Assembly (NCBI RefSeq): GCF_021028975.2
Contig: NC_059434.1
Location: 60,698,001-60,762,000 of the forward strand
Direction of reading: 5' to 3'
Origin: Sphaerodactylus townsendi
Taxonomy: Eukaryota
DNA length: 64,000 nt
In this document: piece after piece, positions 12,536-23,812 of the stretch
Position numbering within the stretch: the stretch's first letter is position 1
Layout of the letters: the number at the start of each line of letters is the position of its first letter
Program-made: the position numbers and the translations under genes
Notes under the pieces: model-generated
What the model was told of the DNA's origin: nothing
The model's database searches: none
What the model saw: only the letters and a program-made list of their open reading frames with translations

Positions 12536-14794
12536 AATACATCTGTGATTGACTGGTTTTTGCAAACTATCCTTGGTGATGGTTGCGATTGCTTATGCTG
12601 TTGGAAAAAGCCCCTTGGTGAGTAAAATAACCCTTCTTTGGGGTTCTAAAAATGAAGGATCATATTGAGGTACTTACTGCCTTTCATTTCACAGTGAGCC
12701 AAGCTTGCTTCATGTAGTAACAGCAGTGATTGGGAACAGGGTCCTTTCTGTTAGATCTCCCTTTTTAAAAATTGCAGATGTTGGCGCAGTATTTGTAGTG
12801 ATGATAAAAAAAAATCCTTGCACGCACCGCTGATTGTCAATTTTTAATATTCTCTTCCTCAGATCGCTCCCAGAAGGGAAGCTTGGCCTCTTTTCCTCAA
12901 TCGAGCAACCAAAAGAACCAACTGGTGTTTCTCAGTGTGATTGTAACACCTCTTTCACTGTTAAAAAAAACAACCCTACAGCTTCCTTGTTCATTTCACA
13001 CAGGCCTCTGAGCTGTCACCAGATGGTAGCAGTTTTCTGGCACCACAGAGGTGGGCCAGATTTGAACCTGTGTGACCTAAAGGTGACAGGCAACATCTAA
13101 AACACAAAGCTGGCCACCACGGAACTCTTTGATTTGGACTGAAATTGGTCTGAGCTCAGATAAGGAGGAAGCTGTTTTGACACATAGGCTCATCAGCAGG
13201 CCGGTTGGCATGAAGAATGGCACTGCCCCATCTGTGTCTGGAAGCTGGAAATAGGTGGGGTGGTGGCAGCGGCATGGGAACTTGCATCAAATGGGGATGT
13301 CTTAAGAAGAATGAGTAATGTTCCCAAAACCAGGACAAATGCTGTTTATGATGGCTGTTAAGACACAACATGCTTAATTTTCCTTAGCGCCCCCCTGCCC
13401 TTAATGCAATCAGTGTGATTTTATACATAAAGACATATTTTTCAGTGAGCAAATGGAGCTCTAATATTAACTGGAAGAGGGAGTTCAGAGAAATAGAAAA
13501 TGGGAAATAGATGTAGAAAGGTGGACATTGTCTAGCACACCCATCCTTCAAGAACCTCATAACAATGTATGTTGCTCTTTTCACCATAGCCCCACGAAGT
13601 AGACTGAGAGAAAAGTCAGTGACAAGCCCAAGATCACCCAGCAAGCTGTATAACAGAATTAAAACAAAGTTTTCAAGTCCAACACTCCAGCCCTGTGATG
13701 CCCAGTGTGGTGCTCATGGATGCTGTGAAGTCCAGCACATTTTCGGTACCCACTTGCTTCCTCCCTCCAAAACAAAAAGTTAATCCTGGATGTCCTCTCA
13801 CTGGAGCAGGGTTGGGAAGTACCTCAGATGACCCTAGGAGTCATCACAGTTGGTGTTCATTTGGAAATTGGAAATAGCTGCCCCGTCATAGAAATAAGAA
13901 ATAATTCCAGACGGCTCCTTCCCATGGCAGCCATCTGGAATGATCTCCCTTAGCTACCATTTTGTAGTGGCATGCACTATTCTCAAAATTCCAAAAGTAC
14001 TCATCAGCTCAACAGGACTGGGGAACCCTTCTCTAACCGCTAGATCACACTGGCTGTCTATGAAGGGAAATGCAGCAAAAAGTTGACAAGCTCTCTGCAA
14101 AACTTGTGGCTATACAGGTAGGCTAAGTAGTGCTGTTGATATCCTCTGTTCAGTATTCAAGGACCAGCGCTGTATGGAGGCTGCCAGAGCTAAGCAGTCC
14201 CCTGAGGGCCCACAGTTACCTACCCCTCATGCAGTGGTTAGCTGCAGATGTTGCAGTCTTCCCTGCCTTTGTAGGAGATGCTGTTGTGACTCTATGGCAA
14301 TCTCCCATTTCTTTTTGAGGGGGGCACCTAGGGGAACGGTGGATTCCAACTCCTTCACACTCTTCTTTCCAGCCTTGCCTGCATTGAAGAAGCTTAAAGG
14401 AGCAAGAAGGACTCATCCTGCACTCATTCCTCTTGGAGAGTCAGTATTCATGTGTTTGTGACTTGGGGGAGGGCATTGGAGGTGATCTTCCCCCCAAAAC
14501 TGGCCCCAGTCCCGCTCACATTTGTGCAGTCCTTCCTCTTTGGTTTGCACCATTAGAAACAGCCAGGAGTAGCAGTAGGGGATGCAGCTCAAGGCATGGA
14601 AACTCCGGAATCTTGAGCTTGTTAAACGTCAGCCATGCTGGGCCATGGAATCTGCAGGTTTCCTGTGAATCCCTGACCTCTCATCACTCCCAGTTAGCAG
14701 TTTCACACTTGAAGTTTCTTGAGCGCCTTCTGATCTAGTCCACTGTGTGGGTAAAATGAAGAGCTGATGTGTGAGAAAAATGTGCATACTGGAG

Positions 14795-15010
14795 TAAGAT
14801 GAAGAAGAGTTTATATCCCACTTTTCTCAACTGTAAGGAGTCTCATAATAGCTTACAAACTCCTTCCTCTTTCCACAACAGATATCTTGGGAGGTAGGTG
14901 GGGCCGAGACAGCTCAGAGAGAACTTTGACTAACCGAAGGTCACCCAGTAGACATCATGTGTAGGAGTTGGGGATCTAACCTGGTGAACTGGTCTTAACT
15001 ACCACAGCCA
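14795..15010 (-). mobile_element. Squam3-like SINE
   Basis: Reverse complement of the family at 56431 (GAAGAAGAGTTTATATCCC...GGTCACCCAG). Confidence 0.7.
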
Positions 15011-16083
15011 CAGCTGAGATACTGCTTTTCTTTGGAATTTACTTCTTTCTTCCTCCTGATGGAAAGAACTGACCCTAATGTTGCTATTTAGTGTTGATTG
15101 TGTCTAGAATTGGTTGCTGGATAACCGCATCAGCATAGCAGGGTGGCCTTCATTCACATGTTAAGTTGAAGAGATTCTAGATACGGGGAGACAACTAGGA
15201 AATTGTTACTGGAAGCTGATGAAAGGTAGTAAAAATTAGCAAAATGGGTTAGGTTTTTTCTAATCAACCATGAATCTCTGTAGATGAGTCATTCTCTCCC
15301 TCAGCCTAGTCTACCTTATAGAGCTATTTTATACAAGCTAAATGAAGGGAGCCATGCATATGCTGCTCTGAGCTCCTCAGATAAAGGGAAGGATAAAAAT
15401 GATTATATCATAAAATCAGGGCCAGATTAAGGTAGTACAAGGCCTGCACCATATGTTATAAAAGGGTTCTTGTTGCAGACTCACTGTGGTGGCAGAGGCC
15501 ACATCCTCTGGTGGCGTAACAGAGTATGCTTGGGAGCATGGGAGATAGCACAAAGAACACCATGTCTGTGCACACGAAACATCACAAACTCACAACCCTT
15601 AACACGTACGATGAAGCACGCAGCTCCCCTGACATGTAAACAACAGTTTTGCTAGACCATGATCATATGGTGAGATGCTGATTTCACTGGACAGCTTGTA
15701 AACATTTAGTGTGGGGGCTTTCAAAAATGCAGGGCCCGTCGCATATGCTGCTTTAGTACTAAGTTAATCCAGCACTGCGTAAAATAGGTATTAGATGAAG
15801 ACAATATCAGTGAAATGGTTGGACTGATACTAGGAATATGGAGAACCTTGTGACTTACAGATGTTATAGAGTGTTTTGGAAAGAGAGCTGCTAGAAAGCG
15901 GTGAGAATGATAATGGTCATGGGCCACACTCCTATGAACGATTAAAGTCATCAGGCCCTCAATAAGCCAAGGTTCCTAAGCGTTGCCCCTACCTATCTCC
16001 CTCTTGATTGCTGAGCACCACTGTAAGGCTGATGTATCTCTTTTAAATTAGCAAGAGGGGATGTTGCATCACACCTCTGTATC

Positions 16084-16249
16084 CAGGGATGGAGCAAGGG
16101 GGAACTGCTCCCGGTGCTCGCTTGCACCCTGCGCCCCTCCAAGCCCCCATCCGTCCCGGAACACCCTGCCACGCCTCCTGCCATGCCCCCACAGGGGCGC
16201 ATGCCCAGTGCGTTGCACACCCCCTCATCCCCTTGGTGCTACGCCACTG
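16084..16249. mobile_element. hAT-like MITE
   Basis: CAGGGATGGAGC...GCTACGCCACTG termini, degenerate 8-bp TSD (TCTGTATC/TCTGTGCC); same family as 45373-45521. Confidence 0.7.
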
Positions 16250-17366
16250 TCTGTGCCTCTCGTCTTCAGGTTAGCCAGCCAGGAAACAGATCTTTACAAT
16301 CCAGATCTACCCAAGTCCAACAGAATCTCCACTGCCCTTGTAGCTGCTTCAAATTGAAACCTTTGAAGGCCATGCACTTGTTCTTCCTACAAAGTCCAGC
16401 ATTCCCTGTGGCTTGCTGGCCGCCACCGGACCTTCCTGGGAACGCTTCAAAATGGTCTTTTACAGGAAGCTTTCTGTATTCCATTGGTGAAAATGCCCCA
16501 CCCCTTCACCACCTCTGGCATGAACTGCTCTACTTCCACGCAGGCTGACAGATATTGTAGAGACATAGGCTGTCTCCCCAAACCAATCCCACCATATAAC
16601 AATAAAGCCATTATTATACCACTTTATATATAAAGCTTCTGGCATTCTATCTCCTCAGGGTGCAATTTTGTCTACCCCTGAAGTTATTCAAGCTAACATT
16701 CAGATTTGTTGCTCTTTTAAATTAGCAAAGTTAAAGATCTGAACCCCAAGTCTTGGTTTCTGTGCCCCCAGCTACTTAGGTGAAGCAAATGGCAACTAGT
16801 GATGGGGCATTTTCAGTATCAGCACCTCCCATCCATGAGACTTGCCTAGCACCCTCACTGTCTTTTGGATGCCAGACCCAGACATTTCCTTTTTACACAA
16901 TTTTTTAAACAAAATTTTATCTTCTTCCTTTTTTTTGTCCACTTGCAGCTGCAGAACTGTTTGTGGACATTTTAAGGCCCTCCAGTGGTTGTTTTGTGCT
17001 GGTTTTATGCCCATGACTTTTTAATAACACTGTTGTCGCTTTCATGGTAATGTTTTACTTGAGAGCCATCTCAAGCAGGTGTCTTAAGAGTTGCATTTAA
17101 ATTCCTCAAATGAACAATATATGCCCCGGTAACTGTGGTTTAGTCAGCCAATTACAGTTAGTATAGCAGATGATCAAAACTAAGTTTGTTTGGCAATCCC
17201 AGGCTCTCTGCAGCTAGAGAGAACTACCTGCAGCAGTTCCAGTAAATCATTTTTGCCACATTGCAGCTGTGACTCTGTGCCCTGGGGAAGTCTGGATTAA
17301 GCAAGGATTAGGCACTTTATATATCTGTAGTAGCAGTAGTACTGTAGTAATGACTAGCAGCAACAA

Positions 17367-17418
17367 CTGTAGTAACGACTAGCCAGGGTCATCTGTAGTA
17401 ACGACTAGCCAGGGTCAC
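17367..17418. repeat. Short tandem duplication (CTGTAGTAACGACTAGCCAGGGTCA x2)
   Basis: Direct repeat visible in the sequence. Confidence 0.8.
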
Positions 17419-17447
17419 TACAAAGATTCACAAGATGGGATGTAACG

Positions 17448-17702
17448 AGGGAAGCCAGCCTCCAGGTTGGGCCTAGGGATCCTCCCAAATTACAGTTCAT
17501 CTCTCAACTACAGAGATCAGTTCACCTGGAGAAAGTTGATGTGTTGGAGGGTCAGCTCTATGGCATTGTGCCCCATGGGGCATTGTATCCCATTGTACCC
17601 CTGTCCTCCCCAGGTTCCATCCCCAAATCTCTAGGAGTTTCACAAGTTTGGATCTGGCAGCCCTATCCCCCATCAATGGCCAGTGGTGACCTGGCAACCC
17701 TA
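17448..17702. mobile_element. Non-autonomous DNA element with AGGGTTGCCA/TGGCAACCCT-type termini
   Basis: Related copies at ~24780-25320, 27250-27440, 51148-51290 and 63110-63210. Confidence 0.65.
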
Positions 17703-18015
17703 GATGTTACTCTGATTAAGAGCCCGAGCTTGTGACCCTTACTTGAAACATGGTGATTGTTGTGGCCTCTGCATCCAGGCATCACACTACACTAGCGTTT
17801 ATTGCAACCATGAAATAAACCAGTTTAGAGTGATGTCCAAATGCAGCCCACCCTTCTGCGAAAGGAAGGATTTCCATCCATGGGAGAAAATTTTCTCCCC
17901 TCCCCACAGCAGCCAAAATTTACCCAAAATGGTGCACCTGCAGGAACAATATCTTAGGGGACAGCTTGAACTGCAGTGGTTGAAAGTAGGCAAGACAGTT
18001 TTGCTCCATGGGTGG

Positions 18016-18535
18016 TGTTCTGCTCCCCAGGTGGTTATCTAGGTGCCCTGCACCCGGCCAAAGCAGAATGTAAGACTCACGGACTCAGTTAACAGTTCAA
18101 TACTTAAAGCTTTAATTGTAACAATGTTGACAGACCCTGACTCCTCCCGGGTCTAACTAAATAAAGGTTACTTTGTTGCAGAAACTTTCTGGAGTCTGGA
18201 ATTTATTGTAAATACTGTGAGACTATAACATCTATAACTGTTTAACTTAAATACTGTGAATCTATAACATCTTTGACTGTCTAACTTGTTGCTGTCACCC
18301 AGCTTCCGTTGGCACCTAACTGCTGCTGTCACTCAGCTTCCGTTGGCCCCTAACTGCCAAATCAGACAGGTTGCTGGGTAATAACTGCCGTAGAACACCA
18401 GCCCTAGGGCTTCTTAAAGGGACAGAACTAAATTCGGTTCCCTCCCACTGAATACTGTACAAAACATAGCTAAACCCATACTAACTGTGGGGAAACTAAA
18501 GGGGAAATAAACAAAGGCTCTGTGGGGGCATGACA
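18016..18535 (-). repeat. 3' LTR (520 bp)
   Basis: Matches 23929-24434 except for a 14-bp indel (ATAACTGTTTAACT) and one substitution that I could find by eye. Confidence 0.97.
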
Positions 18536-18544
18536 CTCCCGCCT
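18536..18544 (-). other. Polypurine tract
   Basis: AGGCGGGAG directly precedes TGTCATG of the 3' LTR on the minus strand. Confidence 0.85.
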
Positions 18545-18746
18545 AAAACTTCCTCTGGAAGTTTTACCTTTATCAACTTCCATTAACTATACTTAACTAT
18601 TCTTACTGTACTACTCTTAATAACTATCTATCCCTAATACATAATATCAACTATGCTAACTGTAAACTTCTATGCTAACTATAACTATAAACTTCTAACA
18701 ATCTTGATTGCAGAATTCAAACTGCTTGTGGTTCACTGCTTGTGGT

Positions 18747-19697
18747 TCAACGTTCAGGAACTCTGAATAAAGAAGAATCTCCATCTTCATTCTTAAAATC
18801 AGGGTTAAAGTCATTAAGAAGCAGAAAATGGACGTTTTCCACAAGACATTTATCCACCGCTACAAAGAGAGGAGTCTCTCCTTTCATGTTTGTCTGTTGC
18901 CACTGGCTAGGTGTGGTGATCTTACGTATTTGATCCACTCTATTACTCACATATACGTAAAATCTACGATGTATATTGTTAATATATCCTAGCACTACTT
19001 TGCTATCTGTATAGAGCACTACATCCTGAAAGGACAAGTCCAATTCCCTTTGGATAATTTCTAAAAGTTGTGTGGCTAGCACTGCGGCACAAAGTTCAAG
19101 GCGGGGTATGGTATGGCCCTGCCTCGGTGCTAGCTTAGCCTTTCCTAAAATAAAACCTAAGTACACTTGATCACCTCGGATCACTCTAAGATAGGCCACT
19201 GCAGCAATCGCTTGAACTGAAGCATCTGAAAATATATGGAGTTGCAGATGTTCTGAACTGGGTGAAATGAACCCATAACTCCTTGGGACACTGACTTGTT
19301 CCAAAGCTGAAAGAGTTGACCTCCAGGGTTCCCATTTGGACCTTTCAAGGTCTGACAAAGGTTGATCCCAATCTTTAATGTCCTGAGTTAGCTCTCTCAG
19401 CAAGCATTTACCTTGAATAATGACTGGTGCTGCAAACCCAAGGGGATCGAAAATACTGTTGATTGTGGATAGCACTCCTCTACGTGTGCAGCTCTTCTTT
19501 GAGTCTGGAACTTGAAAGGTAAACTCATCCTTTTTAACTTTCCAGCACAAACCCAAACTTCTTTGTATTGTTGAGGACTCCTGTCCTAATTCTAAAGTTT
19601 CTATTTCCTTTACTTTATCTTCTTCGGGAAAGGCTTGCAGCACTTCTGGACTATTCGAAACAATTTTGTGTAATCTTATGTTGGCGTTGGCCAACAT
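18747..19697 (-). CDS. BEL/Pao Pol fragment: RT C-terminus/tether and RNase H (Pao peptidase A17 family), ending in an ankyrin repeat instead of integrase
   Basis: [60 protein letters not shown] motifs. Confidence 0.93.
   Translation of the reverse strand: MLANANIRLHKIVSNSPEVLQAFPEEDKVKEIETLELGQESSTIQRSLGLCWKVKKDEFTFQVPDSKKSCTRRGVLSTINSIFDPLGFAAPVIIQGKCLLRELTQDIKDWDQPLSDLERSKWEPWRSTLSALEQVSVPRSYGFISPSSEHLQLHIFSDASVQAIAAVAYLRVIRGDQVYLGFILGKAKLAPRQGHTIPRLELCAAVLATQLLEIIQRELDLSFQDVVLYTDSKVVLGYINNIHRRFYVYVSNRVDQIRKITTPSQWQQTNMKGETPLFVAVDKCLVENVHFLLLNDFNPDFKNEDGDSSLFRVPER
18762..18902 (-). pseudogene. ASB14: Captured host ankyrin-repeat fragment, ASB14-like, fused in frame to Pol
   Basis: [46 protein letters not shown] fits the ankyrin consensus. 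It closely parallels my recollection of human ASB14 ([46 protein letters not shown]). The paralog assignment needs BLAST. Confidence 0.8.
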
Positions 19698-20400
19698 ATG
19701 CTGAGTTTTGTTTGAGAAGATTGATTGCTTCTTGCGGGGTGGGTGTAGATTTTAAAGCATCATCTACATAAAAGTCTCTGTGAACAAATTGACTCACTTC
19801 TGATCCATATTGCTGCTCTAAGAGTTTTGCAGTCTTCTTAAGTCCATAGTTTGCAATAGCTGGTGAGGGGCTGTTTCCAAAAACATGAACACACATTCTG
19901 TACTCTTGCACCTCTGACATCTGATATGGATCCTTAAACCACAGAAAACGAAGATAATTTCTATGGTCTTTTCTGACCCAAAAGGAATAGAACATTTGTT
20001 GAATATCTGCCATAATTGCAACAGCTTCCTTTCTAAAACGCAACAGTACTCCGATAAGATTGTTAATTAAATCCGGTCCTGTCAGCAGAACTCTATTAAG
20101 AGATGTGCCATTAAATAATGCACTAGAATCAAACACCACTCGTACCTTATGTGGCTTCTGGGTGATAGACTCCAAAAAAATGGTAAATACCAGCATTCTT
20201 GATGGTCTTCAATGTCAGGCGCTTTTCGGCATGGCCCTTCTCTATCATGGTGTTAATGAAGGCAATAACATCCTCCTTTAACTGTGGTTTTTTTTTCCAT
20301 GTTTCTTTGGAGTGCTTTCCAACGTTACAGTGCCATGAAACGATTATTTGGTAACTTGTCCCTGGGTTCATTGAAGGGTAAAGGTCGCGATCCAATTTCC
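19651..20400 (-). pseudogene. BEL/Pao reverse transcriptase (frameshifted)
   Basis: [43 protein letters not shown]. Confidence 0.95.
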
Positions 20401-20435
20401 TTGCTCATCCTGCTGACACTCTCTTTCCATTATGG

Positions 20436-21150
20436 CTAGAAGCGTTTGTCTTCTATGGACAAGGCTGGCTGGTCATCATGGACTGTAATTTTAAACACTG
20501 ATGACTCCAACTCCTCTATGCTATGATGTTGTATCTGGATGTGATTTGGGCAGTCCAACATCTGCGTGGGTCGTCCATTTGGCATAAACCCCATGCAGAA
20601 GGTGTGTGCATGTTCAGGTATTCTTTTGTGGTTCAAACAAACTGGGCCTAGAATGGCCACCCCAGCCCTAACCTCTGAGCAAATGGCATTCCTGGGGGAC
20701 CTTTCACTTGTTCTTTGACTACGAACACCTCTGGACAATCTGTGCCAATAAGCAGCAGAATCTTAGCATTTGGGTCAAGCTCTGGTATCTTGTCTGCTAT
20801 AGACTCCAGGTGCTTGTGATGCGTGGCGATGCTTCTTGTTGGGATTTGTCTTTCGTCTTTAGGAATATGTTGACATTCAAGGAGAGTAGGTAGTTTAAAT
20901 TGCTCTGTCCCATCAGTTGATTGCAGAACAAATCCTGGTGCTGTTCTTCCTGTCATGATTTGATTTCCACTACATGTGGTCATGACATATTCTATCTCTT
21001 CTGAGTGTATGTTAAACATCTCAAAAAAACTCTGGAGTGGCTAATGAAGTATCGCTTTGTGCCTAATGCCACATTCATACGTTGGGCTTGATGCGGTGAA
21101 GCTTTTGAGTAAATATTCTGCGAGACAAATCGGATGGCAAGTACGTATCT
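20436..21150 (-). pseudogene. BEL/Pao aspartic protease region (frameshifted)
   Basis: LPTLLEC..IP, HLESIADKIPELDPNAKILLLIGTDC, GPPGMPFAQRLGLGW; the catalytic region is disrupted. Confidence 0.8.
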
Positions 21151-22170
21151 TTTTTTGTTCCATCGCACATGGCAGTGCATGTCGCTGTTGCCGTTCTGTC
21201 CTCCTTTGGTTGTGATGGTTTCTCCAGGATATTTTCTGCCTCTTTGGTCTCTTTCTTTGGTAACTGAAGTGGTTTTGTGCGATGTAATGCTGAACAATGC
21301 TGTTCACTGGAGCATTCTTGGCACTTTACCTTTCTTTTGCATTCGTTGGCCATATGGTTCTTGAAAGAGCAACATTTAAAACACAGTTTCTGTTGCTTTA
21401 TGTAGGACTGGCGCTCTTCATAAGGCATTTCTCTGAACTCTTTGCAGTCACTGAGGTTGTGCAATTTTTTATGAACTGGACACATAATTTCCAATGGCTT
21501 ACTTGAGAATTGTTTAACTGAGTTTGTATTTGTCTCTGTCTTCCTAACCATAACTTGAGGTTTACCTTTAAACTCTTGGAACGACTTCTTCTCTTCTCTA
21601 ACACCTTGGTACAAAGAAGGGAATCCTGTTTGAGGATCATTTCTTTCTTTAGCCATTCTTGATATAAATCTTACAAGATATGAATATGGTGGATACCTTT
21701 GCTGATGGTTCTCTTTGTAATTAAAAACTTCTTTACCCCATTGCTCTTTCAGGGGGAAGGGCAACTTGTCGATAACTTCTCTTTGAGTCAAATGCTGATC
21801 CAAACATGCAAGTCCTGGCAGCTCGGGGTTTTCTTTTGCAGACTCCATCTCTGAAAGCAGATCTGTCAAATCCACAGTTTCTTGCAATCTTTCATTGCAA
21901 GTTTGGGGAAAGAGTTTTAAGCCTTTGTAGAAGTGAAGCTTCTATTTCTGAAGATGCTCCATATCTTTCGTCTAATCTACTCCATGCTTTCGTTCTAAAG
22001 CCATGTGAGGGGTTCTTACATGTGCTGCATAGACTCTTCTTATTTCTAGCTGACGATGTTGTTCCCAACCAAGCTATAAGCAAGGTCAGCTCTTCCTCGG
22101 CATCTAGTTTCAGGTCTTTGAGAGCTCTCTGGAATGTAATTTTCCAAAGTAAGTAGTCTTCTGGCTTATC
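21075..22170 (-). pseudogene. BEL/Pao Gag core with three zinc knuckles (frameshifted)
   Basis: EELTLLIAWLG, AWSRLDERYG, CPVHKKLHNLSDC, CFKCCSFKNHMANEC, CQECSSEQHCSALH. Confidence 0.9.
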
Positions 22171-23656
22171 AGAAAACTTCTGAATGCCTCTTGTCTGCTA
22201 AATCTCTTCTAGGATTTCTGGAAAGGGTAGCTTTCAAAACATCTGACAAATTTGGGATGTCAGGTTGCATAATGGGATTTGTTGCCTGATGATGCGGAGT
22301 AGAGTATAACTGTGAAGCTGATACTCCAGGTACAACTGTGTCTTCAGGAGACTTCTGCTCCTGTCTAAAAACTGTAGAGTCGAAATTGGGCATCCCAACT
22401 GGATTTGTAAAGGTTTTCCTCCCCTCATTCTGTTCATTTGCTAACTGACTTTGCTTGTTGATTACTTGGGGCAGCTCATTTTGTGGTACTGTCTGCTGAC
22501 TCACCACTACTGGCGCAACCATGCTATGCTGTGGTTGGAACTGGACCATGGATTGCTGCACTCTGGACATCTGGGACATTAGTTCTGCTGATTCTGCAGC
22601 TGCCAGATGTTCTGTCACTCTGAATTCTTCCGAATCAGCAGTCACTTCTCCAAAGTTGGATGACTGTTGGATTAAATAGGAAGATACCTTCATCATAGGG
22701 TCTTCTTCCTCTATTTCCTCAGAGCGGAAGGTAAATAAACTCTCTTTAAGGCCTTGCTCCAAAACTTGAGCTCTCGTTATCAGCTTTTCTGCCTTTGCTC
22801 TTTGTTTTAGTGTTGACAAGGCTGCTTCTACTTTTGCTTGTCGAGCCTCTTCCTGAGCTTTCAACTGTGCCTGATGGGCCGCTTCCTGGGCTTTCAAATG
22901 AGCTTGTTCTTCAATGATTTCTTCTTTTCGTTTTAAGAAATCTACTTGTTTTGCAGCCGCCGCTGCATCAGCTTTGGCTTCCAGGATCTTCATTTCCATA
23001 GCCAATCTTTGGGAACGACAAGAGGCACTGCTATAATTTGAGCCTGACTTAGTGCTTCTTGTTCTGTGGGATGTGTGGGAAGACGAGGTTTTAGTTGCAG
23101 ATTTACTGCCACACTTGCTTGGCACTTCAGGTGTAACCTTTCTTGGAATGTGAGGTGACATTCCTCTTCCTATTCCTCTGCGTGGGGATGCAGTGTCTAC
23201 AGTTGGTTTGGTGGATTGTTCTTCTTGCGCGTGCTGGATCTCTGATTGTTGACTTGCTTGCAACCCCTGCAACTTGCTGGATAAACCACACATAATGTTG
23301 TTAAAGAAGTTTGCCTTTTCTCTCTGATCCTTCTCCATCTTTGTCTTGATATTCAAGGCTTCTGATGTATTCATACGCTCTAGGAGGGAAATCGTATCTC
23401 TTAGCTGACCTTTCCATAAAAGGTACCGTTGTTGTAAGGTCTCCTTACAACTTAATATTTCTTCTTCTTGTACAAGGCATTTTCCAGATTGATAAATTGC
23501 TAGGAGGTCTTGCCACGCCTTAGAGCATTTGAGCTGCAATACATTCACCTGATCTTGCAAAGATGCTAACATTTTGGTAGTGGGCTTTTTATTTCTAGCA
23601 TTGCTTTGTGAAATAGAGCTTGTTGGCTCTGAGTGAGTTTCTTCTCTTTCTTGCAT
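22169..23656 (-). CDS. N-terminal part of Gag (coiled-coil, Ser-rich and Gln-rich)
   Basis: Open frame of ~495 codons from the first ATG at 23656; Ser-rich tract then an A/E/K/Q-rich helix, ending in the RRDL motif before a frameshift into the Gag core. Confidence 0.85.
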   Translation of the reverse strand: MQEREETHSEPTSSISQSNARNKKPTTKMLASLQDQVNVLQLKCSKAWQDLLAIYQSGKCLVQEEEILSCKETLQQRYLLWKGQLRDTISLLERMNTSEALNIKTKMEKDQREKANFFNNIMCGLSSKLQGLQASQQSEIQHAQEEQSTKPTVDTASPRRGIGRGMSPHIPRKVTPEVPSKCGSKSATKTSSSHTSHRTRSTKSGSNYSSASCRSQRLAMEMKILEAKADAAAAAKQVDFLKRKEEIIEEQAHLKAQEAAHQAQLKAQEEARQAKVEAALSTLKQRAKAEKLITRAQVLEQGLKESLFTFRSEEIEEEDPMMKVSSYLIQQSSNFGEVTADSEEFRVTEHLAAAESAELMSQMSRVQQSMVQFQPQHSMVAPVVVSQQTVPQNELPQVINKQSQLANEQNEGRKTFTNPVGMPNFDSTVFRQEQKSPEDTVVPGVSASQLYSTPHHQATNPIMQPDIPNLSDVLKATLSRNPRRDLADKRHSEVF

Positions 23657-23812
23657 TGCCGGTGCTCCTAGCAAAGAAGACTTCAACTTTCCTATGCCCA
23701 GCTTCTTTAGGGCTTATAGGAACCAATCTCTCTCTTCTGCCAGTGCTCCTAGCAAAGAAGACTTCAACTTTCCTATGCCCAGCTTCTTTAGGGCTTATAG
23801 GAACCAATCTCT
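23657..23812. repeat. Tandem duplication with 81-bp period in the 5' leader
   Basis: 23657-23731 and 23738-23812 match with one mismatch. Confidence 0.95.

Noticed and set aside
12863-12924. Possible exon 2 after TTCCTCAG
   Set aside because: Good acceptor and open phase-1 frame, but a weak donor and unrecognised peptide.
18762-18902. A genuine ASB14 exon of a resident gene
   Set aside because: It lies between two LTRs bounded by a TSD, lacks splice sites, and no other ASB exons are seen in the window.
23657-23812. CRISPR-like or satellite array
   Set aside because: Only two units, no spacers, inside a eukaryotic retrotransposon leader.
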